30,072 nt of DNA from an uncultured delta proteobacterium (GTDB lineage Bacteria > Myxococcota_A > Polyangia > Polyangiales > Polyangiaceae), in assembly GCA_963763745.1 (NCBI GenBank), contig CAVXQJ010000016.1:577029-607100 (forward strand), read 5' to 3'. Position numbers and translations under genes: made by a program. The notes under the pieces were generated by a model. The model worked only from the letters and a program-made list of their open reading frames with translations, had not been told where the DNA came from and did no database searches. This document shows, in pieces, positions 1 through 10,559 of this stretch (position 1 is its first letter; each line of letters starts with the position of its first letter).

Positions 1-364
1 CGCGGGCGCGATGCCGAAGGACGGCCCTTCCGCTGGCGTGACGATGTTCACCGCGCTCACCTCGATGCTCACGGGCATCCGCGTGCGCCACGACGTCGCG
101 ATGACGGGCGAAATCACGCTGCGCGGCCGGGTCCTCCCGATCGGCGGCTTGAAGGAGAAGGTCCTCGCGGCACACCGCGCGGGCATCAAGCGCGTCATCG
201 TTCCGGATCGAAACAAGGCGGACCTCGACGAGGTGCCCGCCGAGGTGAAGAGCGATCTCGAGTTCGTCTTCGTCACGAAGATGGAGCAGGTGCTCGAGGC
301 CGCGCTCGAAGAAATGCCGAAGCCGAAGCCCAGCGAAGCCGCGGCGCCCGCGCCGGCGAACTGA
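1..364 (+). CDS. lon: ATP-dependent Lon protease, C-terminal S16 proteolytic domain (5' part lies outside the window)
   Basis: The frame of ORF 11..364 stays open to the window edge. Motifs PKDGPSAG (catalytic Ser) and [19 protein letters not shown] (catalytic Lys) align to the Lon peptidase domain. Stop TGA at 362-364. Confidence 0.9.
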   Translation, partial: AGAMPKDGPSAGVTMFTALTSMLTGIRVRHDVAMTGEITLRGRVLPIGGLKEKVLAAHRAGIKRVIVPDRNKADLDEVPAEVKSDLEFVFVTKMEQVLEAALEEMPKPKPSEAAAPAPAN

Positions 365-384
365 GCCGAACGCCAGAAGAAGGG

Positions 385-424
385 AAACGCGCTGCATCGC
401 GAGATGCGGCGCGTTTCGTTTTTT
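385..424 (+). terminator. Rho-independent terminator after lon
   Basis: GC-rich hairpin AACGCGCTGCATC (386-398) / loop GCGAG / ATGCGGCGCGTT (404-415), followed by the T-rich run tcgTTTTTT (416-424). It sits between the convergent lon and kinase genes. Confidence 0.6.
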
Positions 425-458
425 GTCACCTGTCAACGCCGCGCCGCGGCGAGCATCG

Positions 459-2069
459 TCACTTCCGCCCGCGACGGGTGACCTCGGCGCACGCGCGCGC
501 GTTTCCGTTGCGACATGCGTAGCGGAGGTTGTCGCAGTCGACCGTGCCTTGCGCCGGGCTGCGGTCGGCGCGGAAGCCCGAGCAGCTCGCGCCCTCCATG
601 CCGAGGAACGCGTCGCCGGCCGTGCAGGGCAGACACGAGGAGAGCGTGCCGTTCGGCTCGTGCGTGTTGATGAGCTTACCGGCGCGCGTCGTGTCGCCCG
701 TGTAGCCGTCACACGGGTCGCCGTCTTTCGCGGTGAGCGTCTTGCCGTAGACCTCGTCTGCGCACGTCGGAGAGTCGTCGTTCGTCCACGGTGTCTTGCA
801 GAGCGAGACACCGGACGAATTGGTGCACTTGCAGAGAGACGGACCAAGCTTCTCTCGCGCGCACAGGGTCGCCGTGCTGCCGGAGACCGGAAGACACAAG
901 CACCCGAGCTCGCCCGCGAGCGCAGGCGACGTCGTCGCGGCAGTCCGCGCGCTCGCTTGCGGAGCGGGCTCTGCGACCGCGTGCGTGTCGGCTGCGGAAG
1001 TCGCGCTCGCGCTCGGAGCTGCAGACGCGATGGGTGTATTCTGCACATTCACGCTCGGAGCGCTCGTGGGCGATGGCGCGCGACGCGCGGCGAAGAAGAC
1101 CGCGGTCGCGCCAACCGCGAAGGCCGCCGCGGCGACGATGGGCATCGGTGAGCGACGAACATTGCCGGTGGAGGTTTGCTGCGGCGTCGCGTGGAGCGCG
1201 GCGGTCGTCGCGACGTTCTTCGCGCCCGGATTCGGCTCGGGCAGGATCGCAAGCGAGCCCGTCGTGGCGCCGAGCGCGCGCGCGACTTCGGCCATGTCGG
1301 CGTGGCGCTGCGCGGGGTCGATCGACATCGCGCGCGCGATCGTCAAGCTCACCTCGACCGGCACCTCGCGCAAGAACGCGTGGAGCAGCGCAACGTCCCC
1401 GGTGCTGGGACGCATTCCGCTCAAAAGCTCGTACGCGGTGACGCCCCACGCCCACTGATCCCACAGCGGGCTTGGCGTCGAGCCGGCGCGCTGCTCCGGC
1501 GCCATGTACGCGCTCGTTCCGACGACGCGTCCCTCCGCCGTCCGCACGCTCATCGGAACGTCCGACGTCGGCGCCGACGTGTCGACCGCGACGATGCGCT
1601 TGGCGATGCCGAAATCGAGCACGCGGATTTGGCCGTCGTCCTTCGCGACGATCACGTTCTCGGGTTTCACGTCGCGGTGCACGATGCTCTTGGCGTGCGC
1701 AGCGGCAAGCACGCTCGCGAGCTGTTTGAGCCACTCGAGCTTGAGCGTCACCGGCCCGCTCGCGCCGACGTATGCGCGCAACGTTTGGCCATCGATGTAT
1801 TCCATCGCGAGAAACGGGACGCCGTCGATCTCGCCGGCGTCGAGGAGCGTCACCGCGTTCGGATGTTTGAGCGCCGCGGCCGAGCGCGCTTCGGAGAAGA
1901 GCCGCGCGACGGCTTCGGGTTTGTTCTTGTCGCGCCGCACGATCTTGAGCGCAACGAGACGCTGGAGCATCGTGTCGAACGCGAGCATGACCTCGCCCAT
2001 CCCGCCCGTGCCGAGCGGCGCGCGGATCTCGTAGCGTCCGAAGCGCGTGCCGACCTCCATGATCGCCAT
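459..2069 (-). CDS. Hanks-type Ser/Thr protein kinase, single-pass membrane protein with Cys-rich C-terminal (extracytoplasmic) domain
   Basis: Kinase motifs GTGGMGEV, VALK, HRDVKPEN, DFG, TSAYMAPE. Ala/Pro linker, a predicted TM segment (MPIVAAAAFAVGATAVFFAA), then ~150 aa with 14 Cys. The ORF extends to 2105; starts at 2069 or 2060 fit kinase N-termini better. Confidence 0.85.
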   Translation of the reverse strand: MAIMEVGTRFGRYEIRAPLGTGGMGEVMLAFDTMLQRLVALKIVRRDKNKPEAVARLFSEARSAAALKHPNAVTLLDAGEIDGVPFLAMEYIDGQTLRAYVGASGPVTLKLEWLKQLASVLAAAHAKSIVHRDVKPENVIVAKDDGQIRVLDFGIAKRIVAVDTSAPTSDVPMSVRTAEGRVVGTSAYMAPEQRAGSTPSPLWDQWAWGVTAYELLSGMRPSTGDVALLHAFLREVPVEVSLTIARAMSIDPAQRHADMAEVARALGATTGSLAILPEPNPGAKNVATTAALHATPQQTSTGNVRRSPMPIVAAAAFAVGATAVFFAARRAPSPTSAPSVNVQNTPIASAAPSASATSAADTHAVAEPAPQASARTAATTSPALAGELGCLCLPVSGSTATLCAREKLGPSLCKCTNSSGVSLCKTPWTNDDSPTCADEVYGKTLTAKDGDPCDGYTGDTTRAGKLINTHEPNGTLSSCLPCTAGDAFLGMEGASCSGFRADRSPAQGTVDCDNLRYACRNGNARACAEVTRRGRK

Positions 2070-2673
2070 GGTACGCTCGACGGCCATGCACGACGGCGTA
2101 TTCATCCACGAATCGGCCTACGTCGACGAGCCATGCACGATCGGCGAGGGGACGAAGATCTGGCATTTTTGCCACGTGCAGCGCGGCGCGAAGATCGGAC
2201 GCTCGTGCGTGCTCGGGCAGAACGTCAACGTGTCGAACGACGTCACGATCGGCGATCGCGTGAAGATCCAGAACAACGTGTCGGTCTACACGGGCACGAC
2301 CGTCGAGGACGACGTGTTCCTCGGCCCGTCGTGCGTGCTCACGAACGTGTCGAACCCGCGCTCGGAGATCAACCGCAAGGCCCAATACGAACGAACGCTC
2401 ATTCGGCGCGGCGCGACCATCGGCGCGAACGCGACGATCGTGTGCGGCGTCGCGATCGGTCGTTACGCGTTCATCGCGGCGGGCGCGGTCGTCTCGCGCG
2501 ACGTCCCCGACTTCGGTCTCGTGATGGGCGTGCCCGCGCGTCGCGTCGGTTGGATGAGCAAGCATGGCCATCGCCTCGAGAACCCCGACGCGGACGGCGT
2601 GATGACGTGCCAAGAGGGCAAGCTCAGGTACCGCGAAGAAAGCGGCGTGCTCCGCTGTCTCGACGAAGCATGA
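2047..2673 (+). CDS. Hexapeptide-repeat (left-handed beta-helix) sugar N-acetyltransferase, WbpD/PglD-like
   Basis: Repeated [LIV]GxxxxI hexapeptides (IGEGTKI, IGRSCVL, IGDRVKI, IGANATI, IGRYAFI). GTG at 2047; alternative ATG starts at 2059, 2068 and 2086. Stop TGA 2671-2673 overlaps the next ATG. Confidence 0.8.
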   Translation: MPTSMIAMVRSTAMHDGVFIHESAYVDEPCTIGEGTKIWHFCHVQRGAKIGRSCVLGQNVNVSNDVTIGDRVKIQNNVSVYTGTTVEDDVFLGPSCVLTNVSNPRSEINRKAQYERTLIRRGATIGANATIVCGVAIGRYAFIAAGAVVSRDVPDFGLVMGVPARRVGWMSKHGHRLENPDADGVMTCQEGKLRYREESGVLRCLDEA

Positions 2674-3758
2674 TGCGCATTCCATTCGTCGACTTGCGCC
2701 GCGACGTGCGCGACGACCGAGAGCTCGAGGCCGCGTTTCGTCGCGTGCTCCAGAGCGGGAAGTACATCCTCGGCGAAGAGGTCGAAGCGTTCGAGCGCGA
2801 GTGTGCGCGCGTCGTCTTTGCGCGTCACGCGATCGGCGTGTCGTCGGGCACCGACGCGCTGCTCGCGTCGCTGATGGCGCTCGGCATCGGGCCGAGCGAC
2901 GAAGTGATCTGCCCCGCGTATACGTTCATCGCGACGGCCACGGCGGCATCGCGTTTGGGCGCGACGCCGGTCTTCGCGGACGTGAGGCCGTGCTGTTTCG
3001 GTCTCGACGCAGACGACGCGGCGCGCAGGATCACACGGAAAACACGGGCGATCATCGTCGTGCATCCGTTCGGGCAAGTCGCGCACCTCGAGGCCATCGA
3101 GCGCGTCGCGCGCGAGCACGGCATCGCGCTCGTCGAGGACGCCGCGCAATCGATCGGCGCGCCGCAACGCGTCGCTGGACGCGTCTCGTGTCTCTCGTTC
3201 TTTCCGTCGAAGAACATCGGCGCGCTCGGCGACGCGGGCCTCGTCGCGACGGACGACGACGAGCTCGCGGCGATCGTGAGGTCGCTCCGCGTGCACGGCG
3301 CCGTCGCGAAGAACGATCACGTGCGCATCGGCGGCAACTTCCGCATGGATGCGCTGCAAGCCGCGCTCCTTCGCGTGAAGCTCCGTCGCATGGACGAAAT
3401 CACGAACAAGAGGCGCGCGAACGCGACGCTCTACGACGAGCTCCTCGCGGGCGCGACCGGCGTGAGCACGCCGAAGCGGTGCTCGGGCGCGCACGTCTTC
3501 AACCAATACATCGTGCGCTCGAACGCGCGCGATGCGCTCCGCTCTCGCCTCGCGGACGCGAGCATCGAGACGGCCATCTACTACCCGCGCCCGCTCCACG
3601 AGCACGCGTGCTTCGCGCACCTGCCGCGCACGAGCCTGCCGGTCGCAGAGGAAGCCGCGAGGACGACGCTCGCGCTCCCGATTTTCCCGGAGCTCACGGA
3701 GGAAGAAATCCGTCACGTCGCTTCTCAGGTCGCTTCGAGCACCGAGCGAAGCAAGTAG
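2670..3758 (+). CDS. PLP-dependent sugar aminotransferase, DegT/DnrJ/EryC1/StrS family
   Basis: 362 aa. Family-typical N-terminus (IPFVDL...), the PLP-Lys context SFFPSKNIGALGDAG and the C-terminal YYPRPLHE...LPIFPELTEEE. ATGA start/stop overlap with the upstream acetyltransferase. Confidence 0.85.
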   Translation: MMRIPFVDLRRDVRDDRELEAAFRRVLQSGKYILGEEVEAFERECARVVFARHAIGVSSGTDALLASLMALGIGPSDEVICPAYTFIATATAASRLGATPVFADVRPCCFGLDADDAARRITRKTRAIIVVHPFGQVAHLEAIERVAREHGIALVEDAAQSIGAPQRVAGRVSCLSFFPSKNIGALGDAGLVATDDDELAAIVRSLRVHGAVAKNDHVRIGGNFRMDALQAALLRVKLRRMDEITNKRRANATLYDELLAGATGVSTPKRCSGAHVFNQYIVRSNARDALRSRLADASIETAIYYPRPLHEHACFAHLPRTSLPVAEEAARTTLALPIFPELTEEEIRHVASQVASSTERSK

Positions 3759-6727
3759 AGCGCTTCGGCGCGCTCGACGGGGTGTAGCTCCGCGAGCGGC
3801 TTCACGACTTGGAGACGAAAGCCCGTGCACATCGTCTTGCTGTTCATCCACTTCGTGTCGGCGTGGAGCTGGACGGCGCCTTGCTCGCGGCTCATCTGGT
3901 ACCAGTTGCTCACGCCTTGCTCGCTGAGCACGCGCTGGAACGCGGAGTAGAAAATCGGCTGCGAGAGCTCGCGCCGGATCTCTTGCTTCGCGTCGTCGTC
4001 CGCCGCGATCGGGAGCGGCGTGCGCGCGAGCTGCGCGACGGGTTGAATGAGCCCGTAGTCGGTGAACGTGCGCGCCCACGTGTCGAGCGTCTTCGTGTCG
4101 AGCTCGGCGAAGTGCGGAACGCGGACCAACTCGGTGTCGCCGAGCGTGAGTGCGGAGTCTTCGATGTCAGCGAGCGAGCTGTCTTCCGCGACGCGAAACG
4201 TGACGAGCGCGCCGTCGCGCTCGACGGCCCAGACCATCGCGCGCGCTTGATGCTTGCCGAGCGGGTGATTCGCCCAACCCGCGAGGAACCGCGGCGCGGG
4301 AACGCGACGAGCGCTGCGCATCGCATCGACGAGACCGCGAGCGCGAAGACGCGCGATCGTGCGCACGTCTTCTTTGAGCTCGTCCCACCGCTCGCGCGCG
4401 AGGCGAATCGCGATCGGATCATCGGACGATTGCGCGCGCGGTATCGCAGCGAGCCTCTTTTCGCCGAGAAATAGAATCGGCGCGAGCGTCGTGTCGAACC
4501 CGACTTGTAGCGTGCGCGCGCCGTATTCGAGCGACGTCGTGCCCTCTTCGGCGAGCGCGGTCGTCGGCAGGAGCGTCTCGACGATCGCGTCGACGGACGT
4601 CGAGAGGCCGGTCGCGACGTTGCGCATCGAGTGTGGAGCGTCGCCGCGTTCGTGCGCGGTCGCGATCTCCATCGACGCGGAGCGCACGCCGCGAATCGCG
4701 AGGTGCTCGAGGACGCTATGAATCGTCGTGTGCTTGAGCGCGGGCGTGAGGCGACGAATCACGAGGTCGTTCGCGAAATGAACGAGCGACCAACGCATCC
4801 ACTCGAGCGCATCTTGTCGCCATCGCTTGGCGCTGTCCGCGAACGCGGCGAGGTCCCACACCATCTCCGCCAGCGAGTCCGGATCGCATGCAGCTTTCAA
4901 GTCCTCGAGGCCTGCGTACGGTTCTTCGATCGGCGAGAACGAGAGGATCTCGAGGACCCGCTCGTGCGCGTCGTCGGCGAACATTCGCCCATCGCGAAGT
5001 CGCGCGTGCTTGACGTGCGGCGCTTGCCCGAGCTTCACGGATTGCGAGGGAACGTCGAGGCGCGCATCGCGATCGAGGAGCTCCGCGATCATCGCCGTGT
5101 GCTCCGTCGGCACGAACGAGAGAATCGTCTCGCGATGACCGAGGCGCGCGAGCTTGCGGAGGGCGAGCACGCACGCGTGCTGGTAGTTGGGCTCGTGAAC
5201 GTGGGCGAGCAAACCGAACGCGGCTGCGCGCGGCTGCGCTTCGAACCACGACCACGTGTGTTGTCGCGCGAGCCACGCCGTCGCGAGGCCGAGCGCGATG
5301 CCCGCGTCGTCGATGCGATCGCGCACCTCGCGTTCGAGGTACGCGGCGCGACCCGTCTGGCGCAGGCCGGGGAGCGCGCGCTCGCCGAACGCGCCGAGCA
5401 TCAGCACGTCGATCGTGCCGGACCAGCGTCCGGCGTTGTAGAAGGCAAGCACCGTCTCGATCGGTATGGCGGCGTCGGCGAACTGGAACGAGTACACCGA
5501 GCCTTTCGCGCCTTGCGCGCCCATGAACTCGTTCAGCTGCTCCGCGTTCATGTACGGCTTGCCGCTGCGCTGCCTATCGAGCTCAGCGAGCGCTTTGTTC
5601 TTTTGTTCTTCCGAGACCTCGAGGCGCGATGACCACGTGGTGACATCGAGCCCGAGCTTCGGAAGCGCGAGCGCTCCTTTTCTCCACGGCGCGTCGCGCA
5701 GCACGGCGGGCATCGCGGGATCGTCCAGCGCGACGGTCTCGCCGGGCTCGGCGCTCGTCTGATCGCCGCAGATCTTGATGAGAAGCTCCTTCGCGAGCGC
5801 TGCGTTCCGCGATGCGCCCTCGCTCGCGGCGGGGAGCACTGCGGCCGCGAGCTTCTTGTCGTGCGTGAAGTAGTCGCCGATGATCTTGCGCGTCGGTGGA
5901 TTCGAGATTTGCTTCGCGAGGTGCTTCGCGGACGTTTCGTTGACGATGACGCTCATCGCGAGTGCGTGCGACAAACGGCGAGCGTGGCCCGTCGCGGCGG
6001 GCGCGAGCGAGAGCAAGATGGGGAGCGCGTCTTCGCCGAGCGACGCGACGATCTCGGGGTACGCGATCGCGTCGCTCTTCGTCGCGCGCGCGACGAGCGT
6101 GCGCATCGCGTCCTTGTCGCGCACGATCGCGAGCTGCCTCGAGTCGAACTTCGGCGCTTGGTCGAGGATCTCCGCGGCTGCCTGCGCGCGCCACGCCTCG
6201 TCGTCGAAGAACGCGTAGGCGAGGTGCTCGTGGACTTCGACGTCGCCGGCGTCCCACGTGGCCTGCGCGAGCTCGCGACACTTCGCGCGCACCGAGGCGT
6301 CGCGCTCCGACGCCAAGAGGATGCGCAGCATGTCGCCGTTCGGGCGTTTCTTGGCCGGTTTGATCACGCCGTCCACGTTCTCGAAGCGAGGCGTGATGAG
6401 AAGCGGCGCCACGCGTGCGGTCCCGAAGTGCTCCGCGAGCCACTCGCACGTGCGATCGCCGCCGGTCGCCACGGCGAAGACCGCGAGCTCGTCATCGGTG
6501 AGCGCGGTCGGGGCGTTTTCGAATTCGACGACGCGCGCGAGCACCGCGGCGATTGCCGGATCGTCTGCGCGAAGCGAGCGCTTCGCCCAATCGACCATGT
6601 ACTTGATGCCGCTCCACTCGCTGTAGCGCCAGCGGCCGCGGTTGTCCTTCACGTCGGTCGAGTTGCGCGGCGCGATGCAAATGCGCGCGGCGGTGTGCCA
6701 ATGAAGCGTCATTGGGAATGCGCGCAT
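3725..6727 (-). CDS. Large (1000 aa) alpha-helical protein of unknown function (possibly DUF4132-like C-terminal region; unverified)
   Basis: Uninterrupted 3-kb ORF with coding-like composition and no recognisable catalytic motifs. Starts 6 nt after the EBP stop. Its 3' end overlaps the convergent aminotransferase by 34 bp. Confidence 0.7.
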   Translation of the reverse strand: MRAFPMTLHWHTAARICIAPRNSTDVKDNRGRWRYSEWSGIKYMVDWAKRSLRADDPAIAAVLARVVEFENAPTALTDDELAVFAVATGGDRTCEWLAEHFGTARVAPLLITPRFENVDGVIKPAKKRPNGDMLRILLASERDASVRAKCRELAQATWDAGDVEVHEHLAYAFFDDEAWRAQAAAEILDQAPKFDSRQLAIVRDKDAMRTLVARATKSDAIAYPEIVASLGEDALPILLSLAPAATGHARRLSHALAMSVIVNETSAKHLAKQISNPPTRKIIGDYFTHDKKLAAAVLPAASEGASRNAALAKELLIKICGDQTSAEPGETVALDDPAMPAVLRDAPWRKGALALPKLGLDVTTWSSRLEVSEEQKNKALAELDRQRSGKPYMNAEQLNEFMGAQGAKGSVYSFQFADAAIPIETVLAFYNAGRWSGTIDVLMLGAFGERALPGLRQTGRAAYLEREVRDRIDDAGIALGLATAWLARQHTWSWFEAQPRAAAFGLLAHVHEPNYQHACVLALRKLARLGHRETILSFVPTEHTAMIAELLDRDARLDVPSQSVKLGQAPHVKHARLRDGRMFADDAHERVLEILSFSPIEEPYAGLEDLKAACDPDSLAEMVWDLAAFADSAKRWRQDALEWMRWSLVHFANDLVIRRLTPALKHTTIHSVLEHLAIRGVRSASMEIATAHERGDAPHSMRNVATGLSTSVDAIVETLLPTTALAEEGTTSLEYGARTLQVGFDTTLAPILFLGEKRLAAIPRAQSSDDPIAIRLARERWDELKEDVRTIARLRARGLVDAMRSARRVPAPRFLAGWANHPLGKHQARAMVWAVERDGALVTFRVAEDSSLADIEDSALTLGDTELVRVPHFAELDTKTLDTWARTFTDYGLIQPVAQLARTPLPIAADDDAKQEIRRELSQPIFYSAFQRVLSEQGVSNWYQMSREQGAVQLHADTKWMNSKTMCTGFRLQVVKPLAELHPVERAEALYLLRSVLEAT

Positions 6728-6733
6728 CGTACC

Positions 6734-8056
<1,323 letters not shown>

Positions 8057-8071
8057 CGGTCGATCATACTC

Positions 8072-9591
8072 TCAAAGATAAGGATTCGGCGGTGGGCCCG
8101 ATGCGGTCGCTGCCGGCGTCGTCGCGGTCGCAGTCGCGGTCGCGCTCGGCACGAGTCGCGGTCGCGTCGTGCGCGTCGTCATCGAGGCCGTCGCGCTGGC
8201 CACATCCGCGCTGTGCGCCGTGAACGTGAGCGACGCGATCGCCGGCTCGGCGATCGACGCGGTCGGAAGCGGGCTCTCTGCCGACGCGGCAGCTCTCACG
8301 GGCGGCGGCTTGTGCGTTGCGAACACGACCGCGCTCGCACCCGCGAGGAGCGCGATGCCCGCGACGACGACGACCACCGTGAGCGGTCGCGCGCGCGACG
8401 GGACTCCCGCGGGCGCGAGCGCGTCCGAAGTCGTTGGCTCCGCGCTTCCATAAACCGCCGTGTGCGCGGGCGCGGCGACGTTCGGGATCAGCACCGGTGC
8501 ATCGATCTCCGTCGTCGCCACCGCGGCCGGCGCGGCGGAGGGCGCGCTCGACGGCACGCTCGACGGAATGCTCGGCGGCTCCGCGCCCATCAAGCTCAAA
8601 AATCCCGGCTCCGACGCGAGCCGCTCGCGCACCTGCGCGCGGCGCGCCTCGAGCTGCGTCGCGGCGACGCGTTTGACGATCTCCGACACCTCCGCGTGCG
8701 ACGCGACGAGCCCCGCGCGCGCCGCGCACGACTCGAGCGCCGCTGCGAACGCGCGCGTCGTCGAGAAGCGTCGCTCCGGATCCTTGTCGAGCGCCGTCAC
8801 GAACACGTCGTCGAGCGCGGCGAGCTCCGGCGCGCCCGCGGACACGCGCAGCGCCTCGTGCGTCATGATCCGCTGCGCCGTCTCGACCTCGTTCTCGCCG
8901 CGGAACAACCGCTTCCCCGCGAGCGCCTCCCAACCGACGACGCCGAGCGCGAAGACGTCGACGCGGCGATCGATGCGGCGCCCTTGAACGTACTCGGGCG
9001 ACATGTACGCGAGCTTGCCTTTGAGCATGCCGCTGTTCGTCACGGCCATCGCCGTCGCCTTCGCCACGCCGAAGTCGGACACGCGCGTCGCGCCGTCGAT
9101 GCCGATGAGGAGATTCTGCGGCGACACGTCGCGATGCACGAGCCCGACGGGTCGTCCCTTTTCGTCGAGCAGCTCGTGCGCCGCGTGAAGCCCCGCGCAG
9201 GCTTCGAGCAAGATGCGAACGACGACGCGCGCCGGCACCTTCTCGTTCGCCTTGCTGGCGAGCACGAGCAGCTCGCCGAGCGACGCGCCCTCGATGTAGT
9301 CCATCACGAGCCGGATCTCTTCGTGCCGCCTTCGCCGGACGTGACGTACACGTCGCGCACGTCGACGACGTTCACGTGATGAATGAGCGACGCGAGCCGA
9401 GCCTCCGCCACGAGCTCCTTGCGGTAGCTCGGATCATCGAGCAGGTGCGGATGGGGTTCTTTGATCGCGACGATCTGGCGGAAGCCCATCGAGCCGCGCG
9501 CGGCGCCGACGTAAACGGTGGCCATCCCGCCCGACGCCAGCTTGAACAAGATGTCGTAGCGGGCGTCGCTCTTCCGCCGCTCCGTCGCCAT
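8072..9591 (-). CDS. Hanks-type Ser/Thr protein kinase with C-terminal TM segment and Ala/Ser/Thr-rich tail; reading frame interrupted by an apparent 1-nt deletion near 9311-9330
   Basis: Subdomains I-IV (GGMATVY, VAIK) lie in ORF 9304..9591. Subdomains V-XI (LVMDYIEGASL, HRDVSPQN, DFG, SPE) lie in ORF 8072..9307, in another frame. Restoring one base between ...SGEGG and EEIRLVMDY rejoins them. Confidence 0.75.
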
Positions 9592-9605
9592 CCCAGAACA
9601 CTACG

Positions 9606-10559
9606 TCAGAAGGACATTCTCCAAAAGATCGCAGCGCCATGCGTGCTCGGGGCCACCTCGACCGTCGCGTGCCATCGCGTGAGGGCTCCCGCGACGATCG
9701 TCCACACGGCCGCTGCGATCGAGACGCCGAGGAGAGCGTCGCCCGTGGCCATCGTCGCCGTGCCCGAGCTCGCGAGCGAGTTGCACGAGGCCGTCGTTTG
9801 CGTGGCGCACGACTGCGAGACGAACGAGTCGTGCGTCGACTGCGTCACGGCGAGCAGGATCGCCGACGCCGTGCCGAGCGCCACCGTCGCGCCGAGGCTC
9901 GCCCAAAACACCGCCGGCGGAAGACCCTTCGCGCGCGCGCGCAGGGCGATGGGTTGCTCGCTCGGCGCGATCGTCACGAGCGGCGGTGGCGGCGTCACGT
10001 CGGTTCGCGTGTAGATCGTCGGTGGTGTTTGCGGCGGCGGCGATGGCTCGATCGCGACCTCCGCGTCCGCCGTGACGTCGATGGCGCGCGCCTCGCTTCG
10101 GCCATCGATCGAAAACGTGATCGCATGCGTCCCCACCGCGACCCAGCGCGCGCGTCCGATGTCGAGCGCGACGCCATCCATCGTCGCCGTGCACGCCGCG
10201 GGACACGCTGCTTTCACGCGGCCCGCGCGATGCGCGAGCTTCGCCTCCGCGGCGCGTACGGACGCCTCGAGCGCGCCGCTCGCGTCTCGCGATCGCGCGC
10301 GCTCGAGGAGCTCCGCGCCGAGCACCGCGTCGTCGGCCTTCACGCACGCGTCGAGCGCCGCTTGAAGCGCCACGGGGCTCGGCGCGATCGCGTCCGCGCG
10401 CGCGTACGATGCGGCGGCCTTCGCGAGCTCGCCGCGCGCGTATTCGCGCGTGCCCTCGTCGTACGCCGCGCGTGCTCGAGCGCGATCGTCGTCGGCGTGG
10501 GCCGCGTGCGCCAGCGCCATCGCGACGGCGATCGCGCCGAGGGTCGCGCGCGCTCTCAA
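9606..10559 (-). CDS. Secreted/membrane protein: signal peptide, helical periplasmic region, Pro-rich linker, two TM segments
   Basis: TTG start at 10559-10557 overlapping the upstream TGA (TTGA), with an alternative GTG at 10565. Signal peptide MRARATLGAIAVAMALAHAAHA. PPPQTPPT/PPPP linker. Hydrophobic segments AVFWASLGATVALGTASAILLAV and LLGVSIAAAVWTIVAGAL. Confidence 0.6.
   Translation of the reverse strand: MRARATLGAIAVAMALAHAAHADDDRARARAAYDEGTREYARGELAKAAASYARADAIAPSPVALQAALDACVKADDAVLGAELLERARSRDASGALEASVRAAEAKLAHRAGRVKAACPAACTATMDGVALDIGRARWVAVGTHAITFSIDGRSEARAIDVTADAEVAIEPSPPPQTPPTIYTRTDVTPPPPLVTIAPSEQPIALRARAKGLPPAVFWASLGATVALGTASAILLAVTQSTHDSFVSQSCATQTTASCNSLASSGTATMATGDALLGVSIAAAVWTIVAGALTRWHATVEVAPSTHGAAIFWRMSF

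Noticed and set aside
709-2685. Long Arg/Ala-rich ORFs on opposite strands or alternative frames of real genes (e.g. 709..2685 -, 1176..2669 + part of the 860-aa ORF, 5861..9379 +, 6492..7904 -, 9601..10860 -, 9639..10628 +)
   Set aside because: These are typical stop-codon-poor shadow frames of ~70% GC DNA. They overlap genes with clear domain motifs in another frame and have an R/A/G-dominated composition.
3725-6727. Assigning the 1000-aa protein to DUF4132 (MolR-like) family
   Set aside because: The impression rests only on overall architecture and the C-terminal region ...WANHPLGKHQARAMVWAVERDGALVTFRV.... It cannot be verified without a profile search, so it is kept as unknown function.
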